Below, one piece after another: positions 13,211-26,832 of a DNA stretch of 64,000 nucleotides. The notes beneath the pieces were generated by a model. The model was given only the letters and a program-made list of their open reading frames with translations. It did not search any database and had not been told where the DNA came from. The stretch comes from Octopus sinensis. Its lineage: Eukaryota. Each line of letters opens with the position of its first letter. Positions within the stretch are counted from its first letter, which is position 1. Where the stretch lies: contig NC_043001.1 in NCBI RefSeq assembly GCF_006345805.1, forward strand, positions 51,150,001 through 51,214,000. Reading direction: 5' to 3'. A program made the position numbers and the translations under genes.

Positions 13211-15107
13211 TAACTTATATATATATGTGTATATATATATATATGATATATATACATTTATATATGTGTGCATATGTGTAGATCTCTGTGAATCTTTGCA
13301 CTCTGCACTTTTGGTTGAAAAAGTGCAATGCTTAAAAATGATGCATGTTTACAGATAGAAAGAAAAATATTCACAAACTTTGCAGAAAATTAAATATTCT
13401 ACTGGAAAAACAGGTAAGGGATAGCAATGAAAAAAACATTTGGCTGCAAAATAATATCTCAAAAAATGTATTTGTTTCATCCACACCAGCATGAGAAAAC
13501 AGATTTAAAAGAAATAAATAAATATTCAGGCAAAGATGTGGCTGCTTTGATATAGAATTCACGTGGTAACCACACAGTCTTGAATTCTATCTGCATAGTA
13601 CCTTGGGCAGGTCTTCTACTCTAACCTTTAGCCAACTAATGCCCTATGAGTGAAATTGGTAGAGAGAAACTGTATAAAGCCCTGTTGTTATGTGTATGTG
13701 TGTGTGTGCATGTGTGCATTTTGTATATGTATTTGTGTGTGAGTGCTTGTGTACATATATATATATACATACACACACATACATAAATACACTCACACAT
13801 GCATATATATATAAATATATATATGTATATACAAAAGTCATTCTAGTTTCATCAAAAAGGAATGTTTTTTATATTTTTGAGGTCCCAAATGTACAATGCG
13901 AGTGGAGTAGATCTTCATCTGGCATATCTAAAAGAAAAGGTGTGTCAGTCATACCTGATTTTGAATAGATTAGCATGTGTTTGCTTAGTTGGCATTTATA
14001 TTTTACCCTGATATACTGTATCTTTACGTAAGTAGTTTGAATGTAAAGGGTGTAAAGAGAGGTTGATATATTTGCAATTATTAGGAGTAGAACTGGGTCA
14101 CTTTTGTTAAGTTTAGAAAGGTTAAAAGATTGGTTGAAGTTGGGAGTTAAGAATATGTAAGATTTTTATAGTTCTCTTATTGGATGTCTTATAATATGTA
14201 TGTTGCAGTGGGAAGTGTCTTTTACATATCTATATACATACATATGTGTGTGTATGCACATTTGTTTGTTTGTCTGTATTTCTGCCTTATTCCACTAAGA
14301 TCTAACTCAAGTCCAATTGTTGCAGTCCAAAGAGGTTGTGTTGGTCTGTGGCATATATGAGATACTTTTTTTTTTCATAAAACAGATTGAACTGGAATAT
14401 GTTGATATGCTATGAGGAAATGGAAGATGATAAATTTCAGATAAACACTCTTCAAAATCCTTTCTATGAAAGATTTTGTTATTGTCATCACACAAAAGCT
14501 ACTGACTTCACTTAACTTTCTTAGAACATTGTTTGATGAAGAACACAATCTAAAAAATTAGATACCTGCTTTTCACAGAACAATTACATACACTGCTTTA
14601 TGTATCTCTCAGGTTTTTCTTTTTAAACTCTGTTTGATAAACAAATTATAACCAATGTTGCTATCCCTTTGAATTCATTTTGATTTCTCCATTCATATCC
14701 ATTATGAAAGGCAACCACGCCAGTTGTAAATGTTATAAATTATAAATGAATCACCAAGACATATATGACCTAGTGTCATTCATTTGCCTTGTATTTAACA
14801 TATTATTCATCTTGCTTTACAATAAGAAACAATTTAAAGATATTTTTTCAATTAAATGAGGGATCAACCCTGTGGGCACCATATCTATTTTTAATATTGT
14901 TTATCATAGTTCCTATTTTAGTGTTTTATAAGTGGATGTCCTTCTTACTGTTAATCCTTTTAAGTGATCTTTTACAACATGTAGGGATATAAAATACCTG
15001 TTTTATATTAGCAGCAGAAAAGGCATCCATCTATAAACACAATGATTCAATTTCTTTTAAAATAAAAATATGTACAATAATATATCCAATGCAATTATAA
15101 ATTTATA

Positions 15108-15152
<45 letters not shown>

Positions 15153-15207
15153 ATACACATATACATATACACACACATATATCTTTATATATATATATAT
15201 AATATAT

Positions 15208-15294
<87 letters not shown>

Positions 15295-15610
15295 CATATT
15301 TTCTAATCCAGAATTTATAAGTTTTACAGATACAATTGAACGTTTTTTTCTGAAATGATAATTATACTGCATAATTCCTAAATTTTCTACACAAACATAA
15401 TTTATGCTTCAATAAATGTTTACCATAGCAATATATGCATACACTGCCAATAGTAAGTATATATTGTTACTGTATAAAAGAGAGGTTACAGCTTTGAAAT
15501 GAATACTTGAAACATGAAAAAAAAAAAACCATCTGATACACAATTTTGGGATTCGTTTCAGTTTCTAATTTTTACTAAGCTATTTGTTTCTTTTTATTCA
15601 TTATTTTTAC

Positions 15611-15646
<36 letters not shown>

Positions 15647-15866
15647 GACGAAGAGCATGATGTGACTGCAATAGATATTTTATTGGTTGAGCAATATTCT
15701 GATAGCAAGCCTGTCTTTGTTGAGTTCAAAATAAAAAGTGATAAAAAATCATAATTATAGAATTGTGAATTTCTATCACTTTTTATTTTGAACTCAACTT
15801 GGCAAGCTTGCTGTTGAAATATCGTTCAACCAATAAAGTATCTATTGCAATCACATCATGCTTGTC
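15647..15866. repeat. ~220-bp palindrome (foldback/MITE)
   Basis: agcatgatgtgactgcaatagata...gttgagttcaaaataaaaagtgata mirrored about 15758. Confidence 0.9.
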
Positions 15867-16544
15867 ATCTTGTCTGTTTACCTTTGTGAAGAGTTATGTC
15901 AATCCTTTTAAAATATTATCATTATTATTATTATCCTTATTATAATTATTATCATTGTCACCATCATCAGAAAAATCTTACTCAAATAAATTCTTCAGAA
16001 ATAAAAAAATTATCAGAAAAGTGCCTTAAACCACTTTGTTGTCAGTGTTATTTCATTATATATTTACTAACAGTAAGCATGGAAATTGCACAGTTATTTT
16101 AATAACTATGAAATACCTGAAAATTTATTGAGAACCATGCAATCCATAATTTCACTTGAAATTGTATTTTCTTCTGAAGCATTTGACTTTTGAGATGGTG
16201 AAAGTTCTCAAAGGTAGCATGGAAAGTACAGTCTTAGAAAAGAACATCGTCAGAAATTATATTATTTGTTTTGCACTTGGCAACTCTTCTACTTTCAGAA
16301 ATCATTATCCATTATTGTTATTTTACTGCAAAACTGAATATGTTCTACAAAGATTTTTAACCAATAGTCCACTAGTGTTGATGTATTTATGTCCCAATAA
16401 CTTAGTAGTTCAGCAATAGAGACCAACAGAATAAGTACCAGGCTTAATTCACCTGACTAAAAATTCTTCAAAGCAGTGCCCCAGCATGGCCACAGTCTAA
16501 TGACTGAAACAAGTAAAAGATAAAAGATATTTACATATTCTTTT

Positions 16545-17445
16545 CTACTCTAGGAACAAGGCCCAAAACTGTGGGGGAGGGGGCAGTCAATTAGATCGAC
16601 CCCAGTATGCAATTGGTACTTAATTTATCGACCCCGAAAGGATGAAAGGCAAAGTTGACCTCAGCAGAATTTGAACTCAAAACGTAAAGACAGATGAAAA
16701 TATGTTTGCATATCATTAATTCTTCATCTTCCTCATGTGCCATTCCTACAGACATCAGCAATCATGAACCTTGAAATCCTCTTATTCCTATACATCTTAG
16801 CATGTTATTAAACCATCTTTTTCAAACCCCTTGGTAAGGCTTCTTCAGTGTCCTCTCCCTTTCAGTTTCTTGTGTTGCCCATTGAGTGTTCATAACTTTT
16901 TTCTTCTCATACGATGTCCAATGACCTGTTATCTCTTTATATTGTCAAGAAGATGTCTGCCAGACTTTGTTCATTTAAGGACATTAATGTATGACATTCT
17001 ACATCAAACAATTTCAACATTTATCTAATAAACCACATACTAACAAAATATTAGTCTAAAATTTTGGCACAAGGTTTGCAATTTCAGGTGAGGGGGTAAG
17101 TTAATTACATTGACCCCAGTGCACAACTGCTATTTATTTTATCAACCTCCAAAAGATAAAAAGGCAAAGTCAACCTCAGCAGAATTTAAACTCAGAACAT
17201 AAAGATGGACGAAATGCCACATACTAATGATTCTGCCAGCTCACCACCTCGCATACTAACAAATATTGATTTCAAATTTTGGGATGGAGTTAAGTTGGTT
17301 AAATTGACCCTGGTACTTATTTTATCGACACCTGTAAGGATGAAAGGTAAGTTGACCTCAACAGAATTTGAACTCAGAACTCAGACAAAATGCTGTTAAG
17401 CATTTTGCCCTGAGTGCTCACGATTCTGCCATTTTGCCACCTGGT
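16545..17445 (-). mobile_element. Three family-B SINE copies (~16545-16700, 17060-17230, 17280-17445) around the RTE remnant
   Basis: Same motif. Further copies at ~19090-19180, 26560-26750, 55200-55425, 57780-57950 (minus) and 41040-41200 (plus). Confidence 0.85.
16710..17020 (-). mobile_element. RTE-like LINE 3' end remnant
   Basis: Reverse strand shows GHRMRRKKL and RFMIADVCRNGT* followed by a GAA-rich tail. Confidence 0.5.
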
Positions 17446-17861
17446 CACATACTAACAAATATTAACAGTTTTGCTGTAACTTGTCATTTTTTAATATATA
17501 CATAAGATACAATTCCATACCATTCCAAGTACCAGTAATACATGAATTTGCATGGCTTGTTCTTTTGATACTATAGTTATGAATTTGAAACAGGTTTTGG
17601 TTTTTAAACTTTGTTTTTGTTTTTCACCCATTTATAAGCATATCAAGGTATTTAAGAATGTAATATATTTTATAAAATGTTAAAATTATCTCTGTAATGG
17701 TATTTAGCACAAGCTGAGAATAACAACTCTTGTTTGAGAGCACTATTTAACCCTTTAGAAACCAACCCACCTCAGATCATCCCTGTTTTTATGACACAAA
17801 ATTTATTATTTTAAAATTATCCAAATTAAAACCTCCCATCAAAATTAAGTGATTGCAATAC

Positions 17862-18063
17862 TCTTTTACTTGTTTCAGTCATTTGACCATGGCCATGCTG
17901 GAGCACTGCCTTTAGTCAAGCAAGTCGACCTCAGGACTTATTCTTTGTAAGCCTAGTACTTATTGTATTGGCTCTTTTTTGCCGAACCACTAAGTTACGG
18001 GGATGTAAAAACACCAGCATCAGTTGTCAAGCGATGTTAGAGGGGGCAAACACAGACACACAA

Positions 18064-18130
<67 letters not shown>

Positions 18131-18290
18131 TACGACGGGCTTCTTTCAGTTTCCGTCTACTAAATCCACTCATAAGGCTTTGGTCAGCCTGAGGCTATAG
18201 TAGAAGACACTTGCCCAAGGTGCCACAAAGTGGGACTGAACCCAGAACCATGTGGGTCGTAAGCAAGCTACTTACCACACAGCTACTCCT
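17862..18290 (-). mobile_element. SINE family A copy
   Basis: Same motifs; internal (CA)n(TA)n. Confidence 0.85.
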
Positions 18291-19322
18291 CTGCAATGAG
18301 AAAATTATTTTACTAAATCCTTCATTAATTAGAATTCTTTTATATGATATATAGATAATACAAAACCACATTAAAATACAAATCTGAAACTGAAGAAAAC
18401 ACAAACAGTAGCAAAAGAAAAAGAAAGAAAACAAGAAGAAAAGGGGGGAAAAAAAAGAAAAAATGGGTAAATGAATTTTAAAATGAATTGAAATAAAGGC
18501 AATGTATTTCAAGACAAAAATATGGTAACTAAGCTAAGAAAGGGGTTAGAAAGGTTTCAGTTAGGTTTTTAGCTTGAATTAAATTTTTTTAACAACTAAT
18601 TTGTAACAGTGAAATCTAATGGTAAAAATAGTTTTTGAAATGTTCATAATTAAAAATAAAGAAAAATTTTGATTATTTAAAATATCTTTTTATTAAAATA
18701 AACATACAACATAATGCTCTATTCAAGCATAATGAATTTAATCAACAAATATTCACCATGTGGTGGAAATAGTACAAATTAAAAGTGTCACTGATGTAAT
18801 ATTGTATTAAGGAGCTGTCTTACAAAAGAAAAAGACACATTGGTTAATGTAGTCTGAAAAGAAAGGTGTGAGTTAGTACCCTTATTGTAATGTTATCTGC
18901 AACTAGCAGAGTCTTCTTTTCTTTGTTTATTCTAAAGATTAACGGTGGATTCTATGTCAATCTCAATAATGAGCACTCAGTTGTTTGAGCAACTGAATTC
19001 CTCAAGCATTAATGCAATTCTCAAATTCAGTCAATGATACATAAATAAAAAAAGGCTGGGCCAGTTCAGAGACAAAGAAAAAGAGAAGAATCAACCTTGC
19101 ACTGGATTGGTTGGTATTTTATTTACCAACCTCGAAAAGATGAAAGGTAATATTGACTTTGGTGGGATTTGAACTCAAAGAACTGGAATAGAAACTACAA
19201 AATATTCTATCCATCTCTTTTGTGACTCAATCAATCTACTACCTTTCTAAAGAGAGTACAAGGGTACAAAAATAAATAGAATCATTAAGTAAACAATATT
19301 GCAAATATCTTTTCTTAACAAG

Positions 19323-19480
19323 AATTGCAGTGTGGAAGGTGTTTAAGAAACACACAAAATCTGTTAGATTCACTTTGAGACCACGACCTGTTCACTGACA
19401 AAATTCCGTGTTGTTGAAGTGAGTCTAACAGATTTTGTGTGTTTCTTAAATGACTTATAAACACCTCCCACGCTGCAATT
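19323..19480. repeat. Hairpin repeat with ~55-65-bp arms
   Basis: aagaaacacacaaaatctgttagattcactt / aagtgagtctaacagattttgtgtgtttctt plus outer aattgcag..gtgg..ggtgttt arms. Confidence 0.85.
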
Positions 19481-19989
19481 GTTTTTGTTCCAGCACACGA
19501 TCTCAGATCAGGTCACTTGCTATGCAAGTACATTTCTGTAAAACTTTTCTTAACAGTTTTCTGCATACCTTATTTACTGGTGCATGATGACATGCTTTTA
19601 ATATTTTTAAATGCATCAAAATATTATTCTACTGTGTCTATATTGTTTTATTGTGATGGGAGACCAAGCATCATAGGATAGGAAGCCTAGTGAGCCTAAC
19701 TCACTATGTACAAAAATTATTTCTTATAACAAAATATTGAAAACAAGCCAAGCTATCACAGTCTCTTAGCACAAGTTAACAAAAATATTGCTTTTCTATT
19801 TATATAACATGTAACATCAGCAGTTATATAGGGAGGTCACATCACAGTGCTACACCTTCTTCCCCAGTATACATAACCCACACCTGATATATGCCTAATA
19901 TTATTTAATGAAATATTCTGTATGTGAGAAGACCAGGCAGGACAAGTGAGCCCAGCCCACTTATGAATGCCTTTCCTCCCTTGGACACA

Positions 19990-20650
19990 AAGACCTGTTG
20001 AGGCAAGCGAAGTCGATATAGAACCTCATCCGACGACAGGCACCCATGCCAACCCCCTTTGCTTGCGAAGACATGTTGGGGCAAGCGAAAGCGAAATCGA
20101 AATCGAATTGAACCAGCCAGGATCCCTGGTCTGGTGGTACGTAAAAAGCACTATACGACTCGTGGCCGATGCCAGCGCCGCCTCCACTGGCTTCCGTGCC
20201 GGTGGCACGTAAAATACACCGATCCGACCGTACGACAGGCACCCATGCCAACCCCCTTTGCTTGCGAAGACATGTTGGGGCAAGCGAAATCGAAATCGAA
20301 TTGAACCAGCCAGGATCCCTGGTCTGGTGGTACGTAAAAAGCACTATCCGACTCGTGGCCGATGCCAGCACCGTCTCGACTGGCTTCCGTGCCGGTGGCA
20401 CATAAAATACACCAATCTGACCGTGGCCGTTGCCAGCCTCGCCTGGCACCTGTGCAGGTGGCACGTAAAAAGCACCCACTACACTCACGGAGTGGTTGGC
20501 GTTAGGAAGGGCATCCAGCTATAGAAACATTGCCAGATAAGACTGGAGCCTGGTGCAGCCTTCTGGCTTCCCAGATCCCCGGTCGAACCGTCCAACCCAT
20601 GCTAGCATGGAGAACGGACGTTAAACGATAATGATGATGATGATGATGAT
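19990..20650 (+). mobile_element. Non-autonomous RTE-tailed element (family C) with tandem hairpin modules
   Basis: 3' part gagtggttggcgttaggaagggcatccagct...aacccatgctagcatgg..acggacgttaaacga(tga)n; 5' part built from repeated ~62-nt modules plus a ~190-bp internal duplication. Confidence 0.85.
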
Positions 20651-20679
20651 GTTACCTTTAAGAAGCATTTCTATTCTTT

Positions 20680-20897
20680 TTCTCTTACTTGTTTCAGTCA
20701 TTTGACTGCAGCCATGCTGGAGCACCACCTTGAGGTGTTTTAGTTGAACAAATTGACCCCAAAACTTATTTTTAAAGCTTAATACTTATTCTATAATTCT
20801 ATTTTACTGAACTGCTAAGTTATGAGGATGTAAACTGGTTGTCAAGCGGTGATGGGGGGACAAATACAGACACAAAAACACAGGCACATATACATAC

Positions 20898-20930
<33 letters not shown>

Positions 20931-21090
20931 ATATATATATTAAGCTTCTTTCTGTTTCCATCTACCAAATCCACTCTCAAGGCTTTGGTCAGCCTGAGAC
21001 TATAGTAGAAGACACTTGCCCATAGTGCCACACAGTGGTACTGAACTTGGAACCATGTGATTGAGAAGCAAGCTTCCTACCATACAACCA
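20680..21090 (-). mobile_element. SINE family A copy
   Basis: Same motifs. Confidence 0.85.
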
Positions 21091-23022
21091 CACCTGTTAA
21101 ATCTACCTGAAAATATTCACCCAGAAAGATGAAATGCATGTTAAATTTTCATCTACCTGTTAGCTATTTGCTATGAGTTGATGACAACAAAATCATAGTA
21201 GTGGTGTGCTACTCTGGTGAGTGATCATGATAATACAGAACATCACAATCAGGAATATGAGCTTTACATCCTGTATGGCAGTTTCCTTGTTTAAATTATG
21301 AACAACAATAGAGTTGACCTGAAAGAGGATTAAGCTAAGATACAGTACTCCCATAATGTAGTTTATCTATAATAAATTTATGGTTTTATACTTTATTCTA
21401 ATGAACTGCCATAATATAGTATTTATATGCACAAAATTATACATTTTTCTCCCACACAACCATGCCAAAATATCTTTCAATAACATAAGTTTATGATGAA
21501 ACAAACTAAATATATTTTATTTTTCTTAAAATATCTCTGTAAAATAGGGGTGCATCTTATGCAACACTGGCAAATATAATAATCTTGATCAAAAATTTTG
21601 TTCATATCTTCATTATAAATTAAATAGAGAAATTTCTGATTTGCCAATTTTTAACACAAGCAGCTAAAATGCTAGAAATATCAGTCAGTTATTCATGATA
21701 TTACTCTATTGCTTTAAAGAAAGGAATTATACACTGGGTAATGTCTTCCTTGATAAACTATGATGGAAGTACTCAATTAGGGCTGACTTGTTGCTAAGCA
21801 ACAACAGAGCAACAGCAATAATAATAGCAACAACTTGTAACTTGTAGAACATGTTTTTAGATGAGAAGCTGTTCTGGGTAATTTAAGAAATAAGTGACTT
21901 GGTTATGGAAATAACCCCATGCCAGCCAAGCCAAGGAGGGAATTTCTACACAGTTTCTCAGCCTGTTAGAAATAGTAGCTAAGTTATCCTAATTTACATA
22001 CTACCAGTGTATGATAAAGGATAAAGGGCCTTCCCAAGTCATATAGACTCATAGGGTTGGTTTCCTGGTTTCTGATGGGACCCTAGTCTGTCACGGGATT
22101 ACTTACTTATGTCAGCTGAGAGGACTGGAGCGATGTGAAATGAAGTGTTTTGCTCAAGAATACAACTTGTTGTCTAGTCCAGGAATCGAAACCATAATAA
22201 CATGACCATGAGTCAAACACCCTAACCACTAAGCTATGTGCCTCCCCATATGTAAATCTAAGAAGATAGAGAAGTTATGGATGGAGCACCTCAGATCAAG
22301 CACTTCTGTGTCTGCTTTGTCAGGGTAGATTTGAGGCTGAAAAACTGCATGAAACACAAGTCAGTAAGGGAGCAAGCCTCTTCATGATTGCTTGGATGGC
22401 TGAAAATGGTGAGAAATAGTGGCCAAGTATCCTTTAGGTTATGGTTTGTCACTAAAGAGGAGCAGGAGGAGGAGGAGGACATTGAATAATTTGGTTCTGG
22501 ATAAAAGAATAAAGGATGGGCTGATAGTAATTGGAATGCCTTTGAGCATAGTTCTGTTTATTAAGGGTTGCTGACCTGAAGCTATAGAAGAACACAAACA
22601 GTAGCAATCTAGTGCCAATGAGTAAATGAAAATCTATCAAGGCAACTACTGCTTCTGCTAGAAATAACAGTGACTAAAGAATTCTCTATGAAAGAAAGTT
22701 TAATAATATGCAGGAGGGTGATATGTCAGAAAAAAAAAACCATCCCTGTATAGATATTTACAGGTAACTTTATTTCTATGATTCACAAAAAAAATTATTG
22801 TGAGCGTCCTTCAAATTACATCAAACATTCTTTAAAAACAAAATGAAGAACACATTAGATAATATAGTCTTTGAATATATTACAAAATGATGCTCTATGT
22901 TCACAGCTTGAATGCTTTTGATCATAATTTTGTTCAATTAGAACTTAACTTGAGATAAACAACAACAACAACAAGTATATAAAATATTTTCCATTAGCTG
23001 AATAAAAGAAATGTGATAATTA

Positions 23023-23240
23023 TTGGGTTGGTGCATAATTATTGCGGCCTTTTTTTCTCAACAAAAACATCCTTAAATGACAGTCTGACCATCTGCCAAG
23101 CAAATGGGAAGCAGTAATTGAAGTAGATGGTGAATATGCTCCGGAATAATCATTTAAAGATGTTTTTGTTACATGTTTTTATTGTTTTTGTTGAATAAAA
23201 TTTGTTGAAAAAAAGCTGCAATAATTATTCACCAACCCAA
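23023..23240 (+). mobile_element. 218-bp mariner-derived MITE (Hsmar1/MADE1-like TIR)
   Basis: TIRs ttgggttggtgcataattattgc / gcaataattattcaccaacccaa with TA on both sides; internal remnant encodes LPSKWEAVIEVDGEYAPE* (mariner C-terminus). Confidence 0.9.
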
Positions 23241-23489
23241 TAGAAATAATTAATTATATCTTCTGTAGTAACAGAGTAACAGAACATGCATGACTAAGTT
23301 AACATATTTTTTAATGTGCAATAAATGCATTTTTCGTGAAAAAAAAAAAGACGATTATTTGATTTCCACAACATCATTAAAGTTCAAACATCATTAAAGT
23401 TCAAAAGGTCACTTTCAAATTTGCTTTTTATTTTGTGTAAAGATGTGCGAATTTTTTCTGTATATCAAACCATCCTTAGACAGAAATTC

Positions 23490-24215
23490 CATACAGTCTT
23501 GTCAGTGTAAACAATGCATAAACAAATGGTATGGTGGGGTCACAAGCAGAATAACAGAGAAATTAGACTTCATATGTGGTAGGTGCACTGAGGGAATAAG
23601 CACTAAGGGTACACATAAAATAGCCTCTCTCAAATGCCTGGGTGGTTCTCTAGGAGTAGTTGATATCTTCTATAACCTAAATGACCCAATTAACAGCAAT
23701 GGGTGTTTTGAAAGCATTATACCCAGAGCAGGAACAGATAAGAAAATGTACAAGGAGCTATATCTCTACTCTCAAAAAAGGTTGTTTTTAGAATGGAAAG
23801 CAAGTTGTATGGTGTTCGTGCACAAACTGTAATGTTGCATGGCATGAAACAGAGGTCCTGGATGCAAATGATTTGCAAAGAGAAGAAAGGAGTGAAGTGG
23901 ATATACTCACTAGATGTGTAGCATTTGTATGTGTGCATGATGGAAATATAAATGAGCTATGATAATGATTGAATATGAAGAGTATCAGATGCAGTATGTG
24001 AGAATGAAGACAGTATCGGTATGGACATGTGATGCATATGGATGGTGACAGCTGAGTGACACAAAATAGATGGGACTTGCGATAGAGAGAGAGATACAGG
24101 ACAACTTTGGAGGAAGTGGTGAAAACTGATCTCAAGTTGTTGCATGTCACAAAAGATATGACACAGGACCAAGTTCAGTGTTGGAGAAGAGTTGACCAAC
24201 CATGCAACCATGGCA
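23490..24215 (+). mobile_element. RTE/RTEX-like LINE 3' fragment
   Basis: Degenerate NSIQ.CQCKQC..K..GG...DFICGRC Cys finger, then LGVVD.F..L.D.I and WEEVVKTDLKLLHVTKDMTQD, with many frameshifts. Confidence 0.75.
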
Positions 24216-24253
24216 AAATCTATATTAAAATGGGGGCAGTGATGAAAGCTAGA

Positions 24254-24306
<53 letters not shown>

Positions 24307-25425
24307 TGTTATTCTGATATATATATATATATATATATCATCATCATCATCATTTAACATCCGCTTTCCATGCTGGTATAGATTGGACAATTTGACAGAG
24401 GTCTGGCAAGCCAGTAGGCTGCATCAGGCTCTAATGCAATCTGGCAATGTTTCTACAGCTGGATGCACTTCCTGACACCAACCACTCCGAGAGTGTAGTG
24501 GGTGCATTTTATGTGCCACCAGCATGGGAGCCAGTCAGGCGGCACTGGCATCAGCTACATTTGGATGGTCCTCCTATCTGTCTTGAAGGACAGTAACTCT
24601 CTGAAGAACAAACTTGGAACATGACAATCCATCTAATCCATGCCAGCATGGAAAATGGACATAAAAAAAATGATAATTATAACAATGATCATTTATATGA
24701 CAATTACAAATCTGAGTGACCATTTCTTTTTTACAAATCATAGACACTAAAAAAAGTTTATATATATTGTATGTGACTGATATTTGTTTTAGGAGTTTCA
24801 TTGCTTATAATGATAGATGTGCATTATACAAGAGTGAAAAATTATACACAAATAATTGTGGTTAACTTCCAATTGAAAATAAAGGAAAGGAATAGGACAA
24901 ACACCGGGTGACATGATCGATGGCCAAAGTGGATGAAATTTGAATGAACAAAATGAAGCAATTGTTTGTTCTCCAAATACGTGGCAAGAATTAGCATGTG
25001 GAGAATTCCAGTATTAAACCCATCATCATAAGGCATTGTTTTCACTTAGAGTTTTCTCACTGAAAATACTGCCTCATACTTGAGACCTTATAAATTCTCT
25101 TCTTTATGTCAATGTTGTTTTAATTTTCAGGGATTGGAATCATTCAGCATTCTGTATTCTCATAAGTTCTGCTGTCATATACACAGGAGAATGTTATTAA
25201 AATAAAAACATCTGGATGACGGTGCTTTTGATTAATGCTTCACATTTTGCTATGATTTAGCTCAAAATTGATCAAGGCTTTTTTTTTCTTTTGGTGCAGG
25301 GATGGCATTGTTCAAAATATTAAGGGACATTAGCAAAATATATCATTTGTATACAGGACATATACTTTCATTGTACAATAATGTTAAGACTGGTCTTTTG
25401 CTTCTCTTTTAAAGGAGCATTTTTG

Positions 25426-25460
25426 TTAATGGAAATCATAATTTCCATCAGTTTTGTATC
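25426..25460 (-). CDS. Candidate terminal coding exon, GYKTDGNYDFH*
   Basis: Acceptor catttatttcctacag|, correct phase 1, two tyrosines, TAA at 25428-25426, followed by AT-rich UTR-like sequence. Confidence 0.6.
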
Positions 25461-26782
25461 CTGTAGGAAATAAATGGTGATGTTTTGCTTTGGAAAAACT
25501 AAAAGAAAAGAAATAAAAACAAAAACATAAACAGGGTAAGAAGTATATGAATATTGGTCTAATTTTTTTTTCCTGTAAAGAATCCTCAGTAAACTCGTTC
25601 CTTTGTGGTTGTAGAACTTCATCCAATTAGTGCTGCAATAGGAAAAAATAAACATTATTATTAATTTCAGAGCTGTTTGTCTCAAATAACTTAATGAAAT
25701 CTAATTTCGAATGACATAACTCAGTTTCATGAAATGTTTATAAATGTTCTAAAAATACCAATATTTAGCTACAGTTCTATGAAATTATGTTAGTAAGGAA
25801 TTGATACATCTCTCACAGAGTGCTCTTCTATACCAAAAAACATTCACAAAAAATCTGGTATCTAATTCTTCATAGCTGAAATGATTATATTACAGAATTT
25901 AATAGTCAGTAGACACAAAAGAAAGTGTGTGCAATGGGTTAAAATTCAGGACCTTAAGTTGTCTTGTGGTATCTGTTCAACCTTATTATGTTCTTATATT
26001 AATGCCTGTAATGAGACTGGAGCCAAGCTCTACTTATTCAAAATGGCTGCTTTTCACTTGGATAAAAGGACTTTGCTTTTTCCTTGGATAACATCGGTGG
26101 CATAAAGAGGGGAGACTGGTATGCATGGGTGACTGCTGGTCTTTCACATATGACCTTGCCTGGACTTGTGCCTTGGAGGATAACCTAGTTGCAATCCTAT
26201 GGTCATTCATGACAGAAAGGGGTCTTTACTCTTTATATATATATATCTATGTAAATCTGTGTCTGTCTCTCTGTGTCTGTGTTTGTCCCCTCCATCACTA
26301 CTTGACAACTGGTGTTAGTGTGTTTACATCCCCCCATAACTTGATGGTTTAGCAAAAGAGACCAATAAGTACTAGGCTTTAAAAAATAAGTCTTGGAGTC
26401 AATGAGTTTGCCCAAAACCCTTCAAGGTAGTACTCCAGCATGGCCACATTCAAATGATTGAAACAAGTAAAAGAAAAGATTAAAGATAAAGATTCCACTA
26501 TCATCTCTCCTGCATAATCTTCTTATTTCTACATGATTACCATGATTCTAATAAAAACACAAAGCCTGAAATTTGTGGGGAAGGAACTAGTTGATTACAT
26601 CAACCCCAATGGTACTTAATTTATTGACCCCAAAAGGATGAAAGGCAAAGTTAATCTCAGTGGAATTTGAACTCAGAACACGAAGATAGATGAAATGCTG
26701 CTAAGCATTTTGCCTGGCATGCTAACAATTCTGCCAGCTTGCTGCCTTGCCATTAAATTTAGAAAATAATGAAAAATCTCAC

Positions 26783-26832
26783 CTTCATTTTGAGCGTGCT
26801 TCAGGGAATTTACTGACAATGGGTTTAAATAT
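26783..26832 (-). CDS. Cytoplasmic microexon 10 (50 nt, phase 2-1), VYLNPLSVNSLKHAQNE
   Basis: Acceptor catttatcttccag|, donor GAAG|gtgaga; paralog of 30761-30810. Confidence 0.9.

Noticed and set aside
14998-15030. 33-nt minus-strand exon candidate MDAFSAANIKQ
   Set aside because: Good splice sites, but phase 0-0 and downstream of the predicted stop; nothing links it to either gene.
19990-20480. CRISPR-like array, or hammerhead/HDV/pistol ribozyme in the family C modules
   Set aside because: Eukaryotic context, no unique spacers and no cas genes; no CUGANGA/GAAA core; no P1/P2 pairing for an HDV fold; the pistol P2/P3 elements are absent.
26540-26560. 7-nt ag|AATCATG|gt microexon seen in both duplicate copies
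   Set aside because: It would break the frame between the cassettes, and in one copy the upstream tract is a SINE tail.
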